Virus record (IMG/VR): IMGVR_UViG_3300014818_000018 | Coordinates: 1 to 32,246 of that record | DNA length: 32,246 nucleotides | Reading direction: 5' to 3' (one strand) | Source of the DNA: a virus | Taxonomy: Duplodnaviria; Caudoviricetes | In this document: piece after piece, positions 17,387-25,582 of the stretch | Numbering within the stretch: the stretch's first letter is position 1 | Layout of the letters: the number at the start of each line of letters is the position of its first letter | The notes under the pieces: generated by a model | The model's input: only the letters and a program-made list of their open reading frames with translations | Database searches by the model: none | What the model was told of the DNA's origin: nothing | Position numbers and translations under genes: made by a program

Positions 17387-20300
17387 TGGCTAATAGGTAC
17401 GCGCAGGGACGGTTTGGAGAGTCTTCTTCTCCATCGTTCAACCCTGAGGGTTTTGAGATCGACAAGGAAACCACTCTTAAGAAGGATGACCTGTTAGACT
17501 ACAAGAACCTTCAACCAATCAAACAGTACATGATTGAACGTAAGGGTGTAGACTACCAAGACAAACCAGACCAAGAAGTCGTAGATGACTTTGTTGAGCA
17601 TATGCGTTTCTTCAATGCGAACACTGTAAGCACTGCAGGTGAAGCCCGTTTCATTAGCAAAGCAGATGATCGTCAGAAGAAAGTAGCAGGTGCAGCTTAC
17701 CAAGTGTACGACCAACTAGGTAACGTGTTTGTTAACGATGGTTTCTTTGGCGCTGTTAGCGGTGTTGGTGAGTATGTAGAGGCATTAGCTAAAGATCCCT
17801 CCAACTATATCGGTTTAATCACTGGCGGTGTTGCTCGTGCAGGTGCTGCAGGTATTTCCGTGTCTGGTAAGCAGGCAGTTAAGGCTGCTGTTAAGAAAGC
17901 TGGTCGCGACTCTATGCGTTCTGGTGCGTCTAAAGAAGCAGCTAAGGCGATGGCTAACAATGCGGCTGTTGAGGCTGCTAAGCGGTTTGTAACTGCAGGT
18001 GCATCTAGCAAGTCTGCAGGTAAAGTGTTCCAGAAAGTATCTGAGGAAGCGTACAAGAAAGGTCGTAGTGGTCTAGCTCTTCAGGCTATGAAAGAACAGC
18101 AGGAACAACTCTTCAAAGAGGCTGGTACTCGTGCTCTTAAGCAGACCTTTGCTGCTGATTCATTCATGGCTGTCGCTCAGGACGTACAAGCACAGAACGT
18201 CATGATTGAGGCAGGTGCTCAGGAAGATTTCTCTGCCCTACAGACAGGTTTCAGTGCGGCACTAGGTGGTATCGGTGGTGGTATTGCTCTGGCTGCAGGT
18301 AAAGCTAAAGGTATTAGCGGATTAGACGCTTCTATGGACCCTCTTAAGAGAGTCGAGAAGGATGTTCTTGCTGTCAACACCCCTGCTGTTAGTAAGGCTG
18401 ACTCAACGAAAGCTGCTAAGGCTATCACTAAAGAGGTTGACGACTGGGCTGTAAAAGTAGCTCGTGGTAACGAGATGTCAGACCAAGCGATGCCTGTTCA
18501 GCTAGTTAAGAATATCTTGTTCGGTGAAGACAATAAGTCTGGTCTGGCCCAAGTCTTTCAAGAGAGCGGCTACCAGATGAAGGGCAAGACAATCTCTGAT
18601 GTTATCACAAACGTGGCACTGGTTCTTCCTGATGAAGAGCTAACCCGTTTGAACTCTAAGATTGAACCACTTGTAGGTTTTACTCTTGGTGATCTATCAG
18701 GTAATCAAACTTCAGTGGCTGACTTCCTAGCTAAGACTGCTAGTGATGCAGGTAAAAACCTTAACGCATTTGGTCAACTTAAGAAACTTCTTAACACGTC
18801 TGTCATGGCGTCTAGTGAAACACTCGCAGCACGTATGCTTGAACCTGGTTCGGCTGCGGCTATTGAGGCGGAGAAAGCTGCACTGAAGTCTGACAAACTA
18901 GCCTATGGTCAATCTGTCTGGAAGCGTTTGCTTGTATCCTCACCTGCTACCACAGCCTTGAACATTGCAGGTTACACTCAGTTTGCTGCAGGCACAGCGA
19001 TGGCTGATCTGTTTGGTGCTTCAGGTTATGTTCTAAAAGGTCTTGGACAGGGTGGCCCAGCCACTTCAGCAGGTAGGGAGTCCCTTCGTAAGGCTAACGC
19101 TCTTGTATCCCTACAGGCTCAGAAGATCGCTAACCTGATGGACCCCTTCACCACGCATGATGCGTATATGAAGTTCCTTGATCAGAACGAAGAGGTAAAG
19201 GATAAACTTTTTGCAACTATTGCAGGTGGTATTGACTCAGGTGCTAAGAAGTTTGGGATCGACCCATCCTCACCGTACTACAAGAAGATTGAGGCTGTTA
19301 CAGTAGCAGCTAACCAGATCACTGGTGTACGTATTCAAGATAGTTTCACCAAGTCCCAGATGTTTATGTCTGAGATTGATAAAACGCTACGTGTAGACTT
19401 CGGAACTTCCCTTAAAGAGGTTCTACGTAATGGTGAGGAAGGTATTATTGACGAGGCAATTCTTTCCAAGGCACTAGGCAATACTCTTGAGTCAGTTTTC
19501 TCAACAGACTACACAACCAAGGAAACACCAGAGCTACTACGTAATGCAGCTAAGGCAGTTGAGACTATCTCAAACACACCAGGTCTCGGTACAATCCTTC
19601 CCTTTGGGCGTTTCTTTAACAACGTGCTGGCGTACTCCTACAAATGGTCGCCCTTCGCAGGTGGTGGTGTAGGCCTTCGCGCTATAGGTCGCATCGCCCG
19701 CACCCGTAAGTTGGACGGCACATTTGCTGGTGAAGGTGAAGCTACTGCACGAGCAATGGTAGGCACAACCTTCCTACTTACAATGGCTGAGTATGATAAA
19801 GGTCGTCGTGAGAAGGGCTTGGCTTACTACGAAATGGAAGGTGATGGCGGTACAATCATTGATGCTAAGAACACTTTCCCGCTTTCAATGTATCTTGCTG
19901 CTGCTCGTTGGACACGCCTCAAGTTGGATGGCGAGACTGTACCTAAAGAGTTGAACGAAGAGATGTTAGCTCAACTCGCTGTAGGACAACTAGCCAAGGA
20001 TGCTCAGTTCAGCAATGACCTTCTCAACATCATGGATGCTTTCTCCAATGGTGGCGAAGGTGGACGCGGTGTGGATATGAAAGCCTTTGCTAAAGTTACA
20101 GGTAACTTAGTAGCTGGTGTTGCTCGTCCTCTTGACGCAGTTAACCGTGCAGTAGGTTTCATCACTGAGGAAGACGTAGCTAAGGATATGCGTCAGGCAG
20201 ACAGTGGTCTGGAGACATTTACTCAGGCTTCGACAAAGTACTTTGATAATATCTTGGAGGCGTTCTCTGATAAGACAGAAACCATCACTGGCGAGTCTTT

Positions 20301-20823
20301 GCGTGTAGCGACTAGGGAAGGGGATATTTATGATGCCAATCCTTTTGCTCGGATATTCGGTATCAATGTGAAGCAAGGGCGTACAGCTACTGAGAAAGTT
20401 TACTCAATGGCTGAGATGCACCCTTGGCAGGCTTCTGAACGTACGAAGATCCCAGCGTACGACAGGATGCTGAACGAAGTCTTAGCTCCGCAGCTTGAGA
20501 GACAAACACAAAGGTTGTTGGACTCTGATCGGTTTAAGAATGCTAATCTAGATAAGCGTAGAACAATGCTTAAGAAGCTGGTTAGCGATATTAAGCGAGA
20601 TGTCCGAAAGGATACTGCTAAGGGTGTATCAGGCCCAGAGGCTTCTCGACTAAGACTAGCTACTATGGCTAACAGTCGAGGCAGTAAAGAGGTCCGTACT
20701 GAAGCAATGAAGTTCATGAAGGATCGCTTTGGTGTAGATGGGAAGTTAGAAGACTTTAGTTTCTCGGAGCTAGACATCTTCATAGACTTTGTTGATGCAC
20801 TAAAAGATGACTACCAACTATAA
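17386..20823 (+). CDS. Large internal virion protein (1145 aa)
   Basis: Last and largest gene of the structural arm; DPSNYIG plus G/A-rich hydrophobic segments; PF.RF..N motif; positioned like T7 gp16. Confidence 0.65.
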   Translation: MANRYAQGRFGESSSPSFNPEGFEIDKETTLKKDDLLDYKNLQPIKQYMIERKGVDYQDKPDQEVVDDFVEHMRFFNANTVSTAGEARFISKADDRQKKVAGAAYQVYDQLGNVFVNDGFFGAVSGVGEYVEALAKDPSNYIGLITGGVARAGAAGISVSGKQAVKAAVKKAGRDSMRSGASKEAAKAMANNAAVEAAKRFVTAGASSKSAGKVFQKVSEEAYKKGRSGLALQAMKEQQEQLFKEAGTRALKQTFAADSFMAVAQDVQAQNVMIEAGAQEDFSALQTGFSAALGGIGGGIALAAGKAKGISGLDASMDPLKRVEKDVLAVNTPAVSKADSTKAAKAITKEVDDWAVKVARGNEMSDQAMPVQLVKNILFGEDNKSGLAQVFQESGYQMKGKTISDVITNVALVLPDEELTRLNSKIEPLVGFTLGDLSGNQTSVADFLAKTASDAGKNLNAFGQLKKLLNTSVMASSETLAARMLEPGSAAAIEAEKAALKSDKLAYGQSVWKRLLVSSPATTALNIAGYTQFAAGTAMADLFGASGYVLKGLGQGGPATSAGRESLRKANALVSLQAQKIANLMDPFTTHDAYMKFLDQNEEVKDKLFATIAGGIDSGAKKFGIDPSSPYYKKIEAVTVAANQITGVRIQDSFTKSQMFMSEIDKTLRVDFGTSLKEVLRNGEEGIIDEAILSKALGNTLESVFSTDYTTKETPELLRNAAKAVETISNTPGLGTILPFGRFFNNVLAYSYKWSPFAGGGVGLRAIGRIARTRKLDGTFAGEGEATARAMVGTTFLLTMAEYDKGRREKGLAYYEMEGDGGTIIDAKNTFPLSMYLAAARWTRLKLDGETVPKELNEEMLAQLAVGQLAKDAQFSNDLLNIMDAFSNGGEGGRGVDMKAFAKVTGNLVAGVARPLDAVNRAVGFITEEDVAKDMRQADSGLETFTQASTKYFDNILEAFSDKTETITGESLRVATREGDIYDANPFARIFGINVKQGRTATEKVYSMAEMHPWQASERTKIPAYDRMLNEVLAPQLERQTQRLLDSDRFKNANLDKRRTMLKKLVSDIKRDVRKDTAKGVSGPEASRLRLATMANSRGSKEVRTEAMKFMKDRFGVDGKLEDFSFSELDIFIDFVDALKDDYQL

Positions 20824-20825
20824 AC

Positions 20826-20862
20826 AAAAAGGGGGAGCCGTTAAGCTCCCCTTAATTATTTT
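20826..20862. terminator. Bidirectional rho-independent terminator
   Basis: aaaaa-g-ggggagc-cgttaa-gctcccc-ttaattatttt: 7-bp GC-rich stem with A-tract on the left and T-rich tract on the right, between the convergent arms. Confidence 0.9.
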
Positions 20863-21059
20863 ACCCCGTGTACTTCTGCACAGTTTTGAGACCATAATAA
20901 GAAAAGTGTTAAACTCTTAAGAGCCTCGTCTCGTTGGTCTGAGGAGTGTATATTATCCTCCACATACTGAACTAAGGGTTGGAGGTACTCTTCAATACCT
21001 TTTTTAAACTGTGTCTGCTTACCTCCAGAGAAGGCTACAGCTTCTTGTTCTAATTTCAT
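20856..21059 (-). CDS. Hypothetical helical protein (67 aa), weak resemblance to Acb2/Tad1-type hairpin proteins
   Basis: GAAGG upstream; pattern R..AL..L....LW in the C-terminal helix. Confidence 0.55.
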   Translation of the reverse strand: MKLEQEAVAFSGGKQTQFKKGIEEYLQPLVQYVEDNIHSSDQRDEALKSLTLFLLWSQNCAEVHGVK

Positions 21060-21060
21060 G

Positions 21061-21771
21061 TTAGAGACCTTCTTTCATGAACACCTTTACCCACTCAGCA
21101 CAGATACCACTACGTACAATATCATCTATGCCGAACTCAACAACAGGGACATCAAGCAGATGTTTCTTAGCGAGATGAATGACCTTAGCTAGGCCAGACG
21201 TACCCTTAAGATCCGACTGTTGAATATCCCCATTTAGTACGATAGTACTACCTTCACCTACACGTGTCAAGAGCATCTTGATTTCAGCTACTTCGATGTT
21301 CTGTGCTTCGTCTACGATAATGAAGGCATTGTCAAAGCTACGACCACGCATCAGCGCCAGTGTAGCAACTTCAATGTTTCCTGCCTTGAGAGCCGTATCT
21401 ACTGCACCCTTGCTGAGATGCTTTGTAAGGACGTCTAACACTGGTAAGGCCCAAGGTTGAGCCTTTTCCTCTAGTGTGCCTGGGAGGTACCCTATATCAC
21501 GTCCTACAGCTACGTGTGGCCGTGTGATAACAATCTTGTCAATCTCTTTGAGAGTATACAAGTCTGCAGCACATGTAGCCGTTACGTAAGTCTTACCTGT
21601 ACCTGCTGGACCTAGGATGAGAACCTGCTTACTAGACTTAATAGCCTTGATAAGTTTGTCTTGGTTCTCAGTCTTGGGTAGCATACCTGACACAGGCTTA
21701 GTGGAGGCACCCTTGTAGGTAGTCTTACGTCGGGAACGTGTTTGCTTCTTTGGCGGTTCGTTATCGTTCAT
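21061..21771 (-). CDS. phoH: PhoH-like ATPase
   Basis: GPAGTGKT, IVITRP, IGYLPG.L.EK..PW, MRGRSF, DEAQN, LLTRVG and GD..QSDL motifs. Confidence 0.95.
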   Translation of the reverse strand: MNDNEPPKKQTRSRRKTTYKGASTKPVSGMLPKTENQDKLIKAIKSSKQVLILGPAGTGKTYVTATCAADLYTLKEIDKIVITRPHVAVGRDIGYLPGTLEEKAQPWALPVLDVLTKHLSKGAVDTALKAGNIEVATLALMRGRSFDNAFIIVDEAQNIEVAEIKMLLTRVGEGSTIVLNGDIQQSDLKGTSGLAKVIHLAKKHLLDVPVVEFGIDDIVRSGICAEWVKVFMKEGL

Positions 21772-22180
21772 AGTGATTCCTTAAGTATGCTAAGCCTTTT
21801 TCTAGGCCTTCTACATTATCACCTAGTTTACCTAGACCTGTGTTGCAAGAGTAGCAAAGCCAGCCCCTAAACTCTAGTGTATCATGGTCGTGATCTAAGC
21901 AGTATTTATCTCCAAGAGGCTTGTTACAGCAATCACAAAAGCCTGATGTAGGAGGTGCTGTTTCTCTTAGTTTTGTGGCTACATTATTGTTCACTGCATA
22001 GCAAGACTTGCACTTTGCGTTGTGGCTAACTGTAGGCTCTGCCTTTAGCTTGTGTGTTCTTGTATACATTACGTAATACTCTGATAGAGGCTTACCTTGT
22101 CCACAGTCAGAACAAATCTTTAGGTCGTTACCTGTATATTTCTTAGTAGACTCTACGTACTCAAATAAATCTCCCTGCAC
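21761..22180 (-). CDS. Endonuclease VII-like (His-Me finger) nuclease, possible homing endonuclease
   Basis: CxxC...LDHDH.T..FRGWLC..CN.GLG.LGD signature, plus an N-terminal CxxC...CxxC zinc finger. Confidence 0.85.
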   Translation of the reverse strand: MQGDLFEYVESTKKYTGNDLKICSDCGQGKPLSEYYVMYTRTHKLKAEPTVSHNAKCKSCYAVNNNVATKLRETAPPTSGFCDCCNKPLGDKYCLDHDHDTLEFRGWLCYSCNTGLGKLGDNVEGLEKGLAYLRNHYER

Positions 22181-22181
22181 A

Positions 22182-22427
22182 TCAGTATTCCTTCTTACCG
22201 ATAAACTCCGATAGTTCTTCTAGTTCCCTATAACCACCTACAAGATTACCATTGGCTGCAAACACCTGTGGTACCGTCTTGATGTTAGCCTCTTTCATGA
22301 GTGACAACACCCACTTACTTGAACCTTCTTCGATGTTGTACGTCGTGAAGTTGATGCCTCTGTCTTTAAGTAGCGTCTTAGCCATGTCGCAGTACTTACA
22401 GTTGTTTCGTGTGATGATAGTGTACAT
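22182..22427 (-). CDS. grx: Glutaredoxin
   Basis: CKYC active site, TVPQVF and GGY motifs; close to the RNR gene. Confidence 0.92.
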   Translation of the reverse strand: MYTIITRNNCKYCDMAKTLLKDRGINFTTYNIEEGSSKWVLSLMKEANIKTVPQVFAANGNLVGGYRELEELSEFIGKKEY

Positions 22428-22453
22428 GTCGGTCCCTTATGAAATATAAGTCG

Positions 22454-22482
22454 TGAGCCTTTTAACCACGTACTCAGGTGGT
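22454..22482 (-). promoter_or_regulatory. Predicted intercistronic H-type RNA pseudoknot (PK-B)
   Basis: Minus-strand RNA ACCAC-C-UGAGU-AC-GUGGU-UAAAAG-GCUCA; S1 is ACCAC/GUGGU, S2 is UGAGU/GCUCA. Confidence 0.65.
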
Positions 22483-22486
22483 GTCG

Positions 22487-22633
22487 TTACGCTTCGGGTT
22501 TAACGAAGTTGATAGCCTGATCAACTACAGGCTTAGCCAAATCTACAGCTTGTCCTGCTACAGGTAAGACTACCTCCTCGAATACTCCGATACCGATTAC
22601 TGTCGAGGCTACAAAGAATAATACTTCAAACAT
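22487..22633 (-). CDS. Small membrane protein, 48 aa (not in ORF track)
   Basis: AAAAGGAAACTAAC-ATG; MFEVLFFVASTVIGIGVFEEVVLPVAGQAVDLAKPVVDQAINFVKPEA. Confidence 0.75.
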   Translation of the reverse strand: MFEVLFFVASTVIGIGVFEEVVLPVAGQAVDLAKPVVDQAINFVKPEA

Positions 22634-22659
22634 GTTAGTTTCCTTTTGTTGTTGTTAAG

Positions 22660-22824
22660 TTAGTTAAACCACCACCCTAGCTTAGCGCCGTTATGGATGA
22701 TGATCATGAAGCAGGTGGCAATGTGTACCACCCACCAGAATGTGCGAATGACGGCTACTAAGTCTGCTTGCGCATCCGTTTCACCTACTTTCTCACCTAA
22801 GCTTTTAGCCCAGATTCGCCACAT
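22660..22824 (-). CDS. Small membrane protein, 54 aa (not in ORF track)
   Basis: TAATG overlap with the RNR stop; MWRIWAKSLGEKVGETDAQADLVAVIRTFWWVVHIATCFMIIIHNGAKLGWWFN; the WAKSLGEK...AD..A.IRT pattern is familiar from marine phages. Confidence 0.75.
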   Translation of the reverse strand: MWRIWAKSLGEKVGETDAQADLVAVIRTFWWVVHIATCFMIIIHNGAKLGWWFN

Positions 22825-24722
22825 TAGACAAGATCGACGATTTCACATGAGTCACCAGAACAAGCAAGCGTCTGACTACCTGATGTGTTGTCTTCGTTCT
22901 CATACTCTGAAAGCTTAGACCAGTCAATGCGCTTAGGCATCTTGTCTAGCATCTCTTGGTATGCTGCTTCATCACAGTCTTGGTAAGGTGCCTGTTGATA
23001 CGTATGTTCGTTAAACGGTAGGAACGATACGCCTGACATCTCATCAAAGTGTTTGTACACGAACGCACCAACCTCTAACCATTCCTCTGACTTAACATTG
23101 ATAGTCACAGATGGTTTGTGTTCACACCAGTTGCGCTGATACATGAGCCACATCTCTAGCTGTTCAATGGCTGTCATGTCTGCTGTACAGGTAGCCCCTA
23201 CTGGAGCCTTCTGCGGGAAGCTAAACACTGTAGTCTGGTCTGGCTTAAACGCATCAGGTTCGTTAGGGATACCTTGGTCAATCATGAACTGGGTGAGAGG
23301 ATCTTTGTTGTCACCTCTGACGGTACGGATATAGAAGGGGCTGTGTCGTGCATGGATTCCTGAGGCGCTATCAACCAACTGTGAAACAGTTCCGCTAGGC
23401 TTAACACAGCTGATAGCAGCAGCAACAGGAATACCGAGAACCTCAGCCCAGACTTTGTTTGTGTCCACAGCAACCTTTTTAAGATGTGCAAGGGTCTTAT
23501 CCAATCCATTGTTCTTGAGTGTCATCAGTGGGTTGTCCATGATGCCTGTTAGTGACACACCAAGTAGACGTTCTTCGGCTGTGTTAGTAGTCCACTGCTT
23601 ACGTAGGTATGGAAACTTAATGTACGTAGACTGGATTGTACCCAAGATGGTAGCCAAGCGTACCTTCTCGGATAATGTCTCAATAGTATCCGTTGCTCGT
23701 ACTACGCACTCTGTTAGGTTGCAGAACTGGCTTGGGCGCAAAATGATCTCCGAACATGGATTAGTTCCGAACTCATAATCTGCATCACGACGACCATTCA
23801 GTGCTGCCTGTTTCTTAGATGCTTCACGGTTAAAGATACCACGTTCACCTGAGCCTGACTCTACCAATGCCATCCACTCTTTCATGAAAGACAAGTTGTC
23901 TGGCTTCTCAGTGTAGGATACAGAGTTATTAGCCAGTGCACGTTGCGGGTTGTTCTCCCACCATGCACCAGACTTAGCTGAACGCATACGGTCATCAGAC
24001 AGATTACTCAATGAAATCATAGCACTACGGCGTACACCACCGACAACTACTACCTCGCCGATCTTACACATGATGTCGTGACACTCAACAGAGTTAAGCT
24101 TACGACCCGCAGCCTTCTTAAAGGTAGCGATAGTGAAGTTGAACAAGTCAACCAATGGCGCTGGGCCTGAGGCACGGCCACCAAATGTCTTAAGAGGTGC
24201 ACCAGCAGGGCGTACCTTAGACACATCCCACGTAGGAATCTCACCACTATATAGGAGTGCAATTAATTGACGCAGAGACTTAGCCCAACCTTCCTTACTG
24301 TCCTTGACTACGATGTTAGTCTCGCTCTCGAAGAGTTGGGGGACTTCGGGGAGCTTACTGATGGATTGACGTTCGACACTGAAGCCAACACCTGTACCAC
24401 AGAGCAGGATGAACATAGCCTCATCGAAGGACTTAAGGTCATCTACGGCTAGGTACGAGCAATTATACATGCACGTATTGTCTCTTTCGGCGGCTGGACC
24501 GCTTGTCATCAATGATCGCATAGAAGGCATCACTTCTAGACCAAGGATAGCTTCCTCAAGCTGACGCTTAGTAGCAGGATCAACCATGTCACGGATAGTG
24601 TTCACAGAGAAACGTGTTACTGTATCTTCCCATGACTCACGCCCTGTGTCTTCATAGTACTTAGCGTAGCGTGACTTGTGGATGAATGCTTGGTAGTCTG
24701 TTGGTAGGTGGTTGCTTATCAT
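22824..24722 (-). CDS. nrdJ: Class II (adenosylcobalamin-dependent) ribonucleotide reductase
   Basis: PSMR, YNC, GVGFS, GGVRRSA, GTNPCSEI, QFCNL, KPSGTVS and HKPS.T motifs; C-terminal CSGDSC pair; no nrdB-like beta subunit in the window. Confidence 0.88.
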   Translation of the reverse strand: MISNHLPTDYQAFIHKSRYAKYYEDTGRESWEDTVTRFSVNTIRDMVDPATKRQLEEAILGLEVMPSMRSLMTSGPAAERDNTCMYNCSYLAVDDLKSFDEAMFILLCGTGVGFSVERQSISKLPEVPQLFESETNIVVKDSKEGWAKSLRQLIALLYSGEIPTWDVSKVRPAGAPLKTFGGRASGPAPLVDLFNFTIATFKKAAGRKLNSVECHDIMCKIGEVVVVGGVRRSAMISLSNLSDDRMRSAKSGAWWENNPQRALANNSVSYTEKPDNLSFMKEWMALVESGSGERGIFNREASKKQAALNGRRDADYEFGTNPCSEIILRPSQFCNLTECVVRATDTIETLSEKVRLATILGTIQSTYIKFPYLRKQWTTNTAEERLLGVSLTGIMDNPLMTLKNNGLDKTLAHLKKVAVDTNKVWAEVLGIPVAAAISCVKPSGTVSQLVDSASGIHARHSPFYIRTVRGDNKDPLTQFMIDQGIPNEPDAFKPDQTTVFSFPQKAPVGATCTADMTAIEQLEMWLMYQRNWCEHKPSVTINVKSEEWLEVGAFVYKHFDEMSGVSFLPFNEHTYQQAPYQDCDEAAYQEMLDKMPKRIDWSKLSEYENEDNTSGSQTLACSGDSCEIVDLV

Positions 24723-24781
24723 TTCATAGCCTTATCAAATAGGTTCATAATTAGTTCTTGCGAGTAGTTTTCTCTACTCAC
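24719..24781 (-). CDS. 20-aa bridging mini-ORF MSRENYSQELIMNLFDKAMK
   Basis: GTGA overlap with the mazG stop and ATGA overlap with the nrdJ start; no dedicated RBS. Confidence 0.4.
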   Translation of the reverse strand: MSRENYSQELIMNLFDKAMK

Positions 24782-25161
24782 CGATTGTCACCTGAGCCTT
24801 GCAGTTTCCCGCGTTGCTGGCGACTGTTTAGTTTCTCTACATTAAGATTCGCCACTTCCTGTAAGGAACCTCCGTAGAAATTAGCGAGGGCTGTTACATA
24901 GAACAGTACGTCGCCTAGCTCTTTCATAATCTCAGTCTTGTCGATGTTAGCTCCGTCACGAAGAACCTTCTTAGTTTTCTCCGCAACCTCGCCTGCCTCT
25001 CCTACAAGACCCAGTGTATTCTCTACTTGCCGTGTCTTACCCTTGGTAAGCATCTTACCCTCAACCCATGCGCTATACACAGCCATTGGGTTTTTTGGTG
25101 TTCCGTCTCCTTCAAACATATCAAAGTAACCTAGTACTTCTAAATCTCGTTCAGTGATCAT
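24778..25161 (-). CDS. mazG: MazG-like nucleotide pyrophosphohydrolase
   Basis: LGLVGEAGEVAEK.KK..RD, ELGDVLFY and N..KL..R..RG...GSGDNR motifs. Confidence 0.92.
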   Translation of the reverse strand: MITERDLEVLGYFDMFEGDGTPKNPMAVYSAWVEGKMLTKGKTRQVENTLGLVGEAGEVAEKTKKVLRDGANIDKTEIMKELGDVLFYVTALANFYGGSLQEVANLNVEKLNSRQQRGKLQGSGDNR

Positions 25162-25331
25162 GGTCTCTCCTTTACTACTAAGTTATCTAGTTTTACGTCA
25201 TCTACATCGTAGAACGTATCTACAATAAGGTCTTGTACGTCTTCTTCGTGTGCGTCATCGTACGAACCCAAGATGTTATTCTTATCAGAAACTGTTAGAA
25301 CAAACGTGGCACTGAAAGTTTTATCTTTCAT
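25158..25331 (-). CDS. Small acidic protein, 57 aa (not in ORF track)
   Basis: ATGA overlaps at both ends; MKDKTFSATFVLTVSDKNNILGSYDDAHEEDVQDLIVDTFYDVDDVKLDNLVVKERP. Confidence 0.75.
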   Translation of the reverse strand: MKDKTFSATFVLTVSDKNNILGSYDDAHEEDVQDLIVDTFYDVDDVKLDNLVVKERP

Positions 25332-25582
25332 TGGTGTTTCTCCGCTAAGGCTTCATTCATCTTGTTCAAGTACCAAGCGGCTTTCTTCATGTCTTCCACA
25401 GGGTTCTTCTTTAAACGATACCTGTGTTGGTACTTGATGACATTGCCGTGGCAGTAGGCTATGAAACCTTCTAAACCTACCACTTGCTTGATGTAGTCTA
25501 TACATTCGATACCGCCCATATTGTAGTGGGCTGGTCGATTTACAGGGTCGTATCCTGATGTCAAAGGGGGTTCTTCTTTCAT
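25328..25582 (-). CDS. DUF3310 protein (T7 gp1.7 nucleotide-kinase-like)
   Basis: DPVN.P.HY..GGIECID...GNVIKY..R...K...ED..KA.WYL. Confidence 0.9.
   Translation of the reverse strand: MKEEPPLTSGYDPVNRPAHYNMGGIECIDYIKQVVGLEGFIAYCHGNVIKYQHRYRLKKNPVEDMKKAAWYLNKMNEALAEKHQ

Noticed and set aside
991-20783. Alternative-frame and antisense ORFs in the + arm (e.g. 991..1269, 2143..2532, 3650..3925, 9850..10263, 20400..20783)
   Set aside because: They lie within well-supported genes, have no recognisable motifs, and some merely mirror repeats.
24723-24777. Cobalamin riboswitch or NrdR box upstream of nrdJ
   Set aside because: The spacer is only 55 nt and matches neither consensus.
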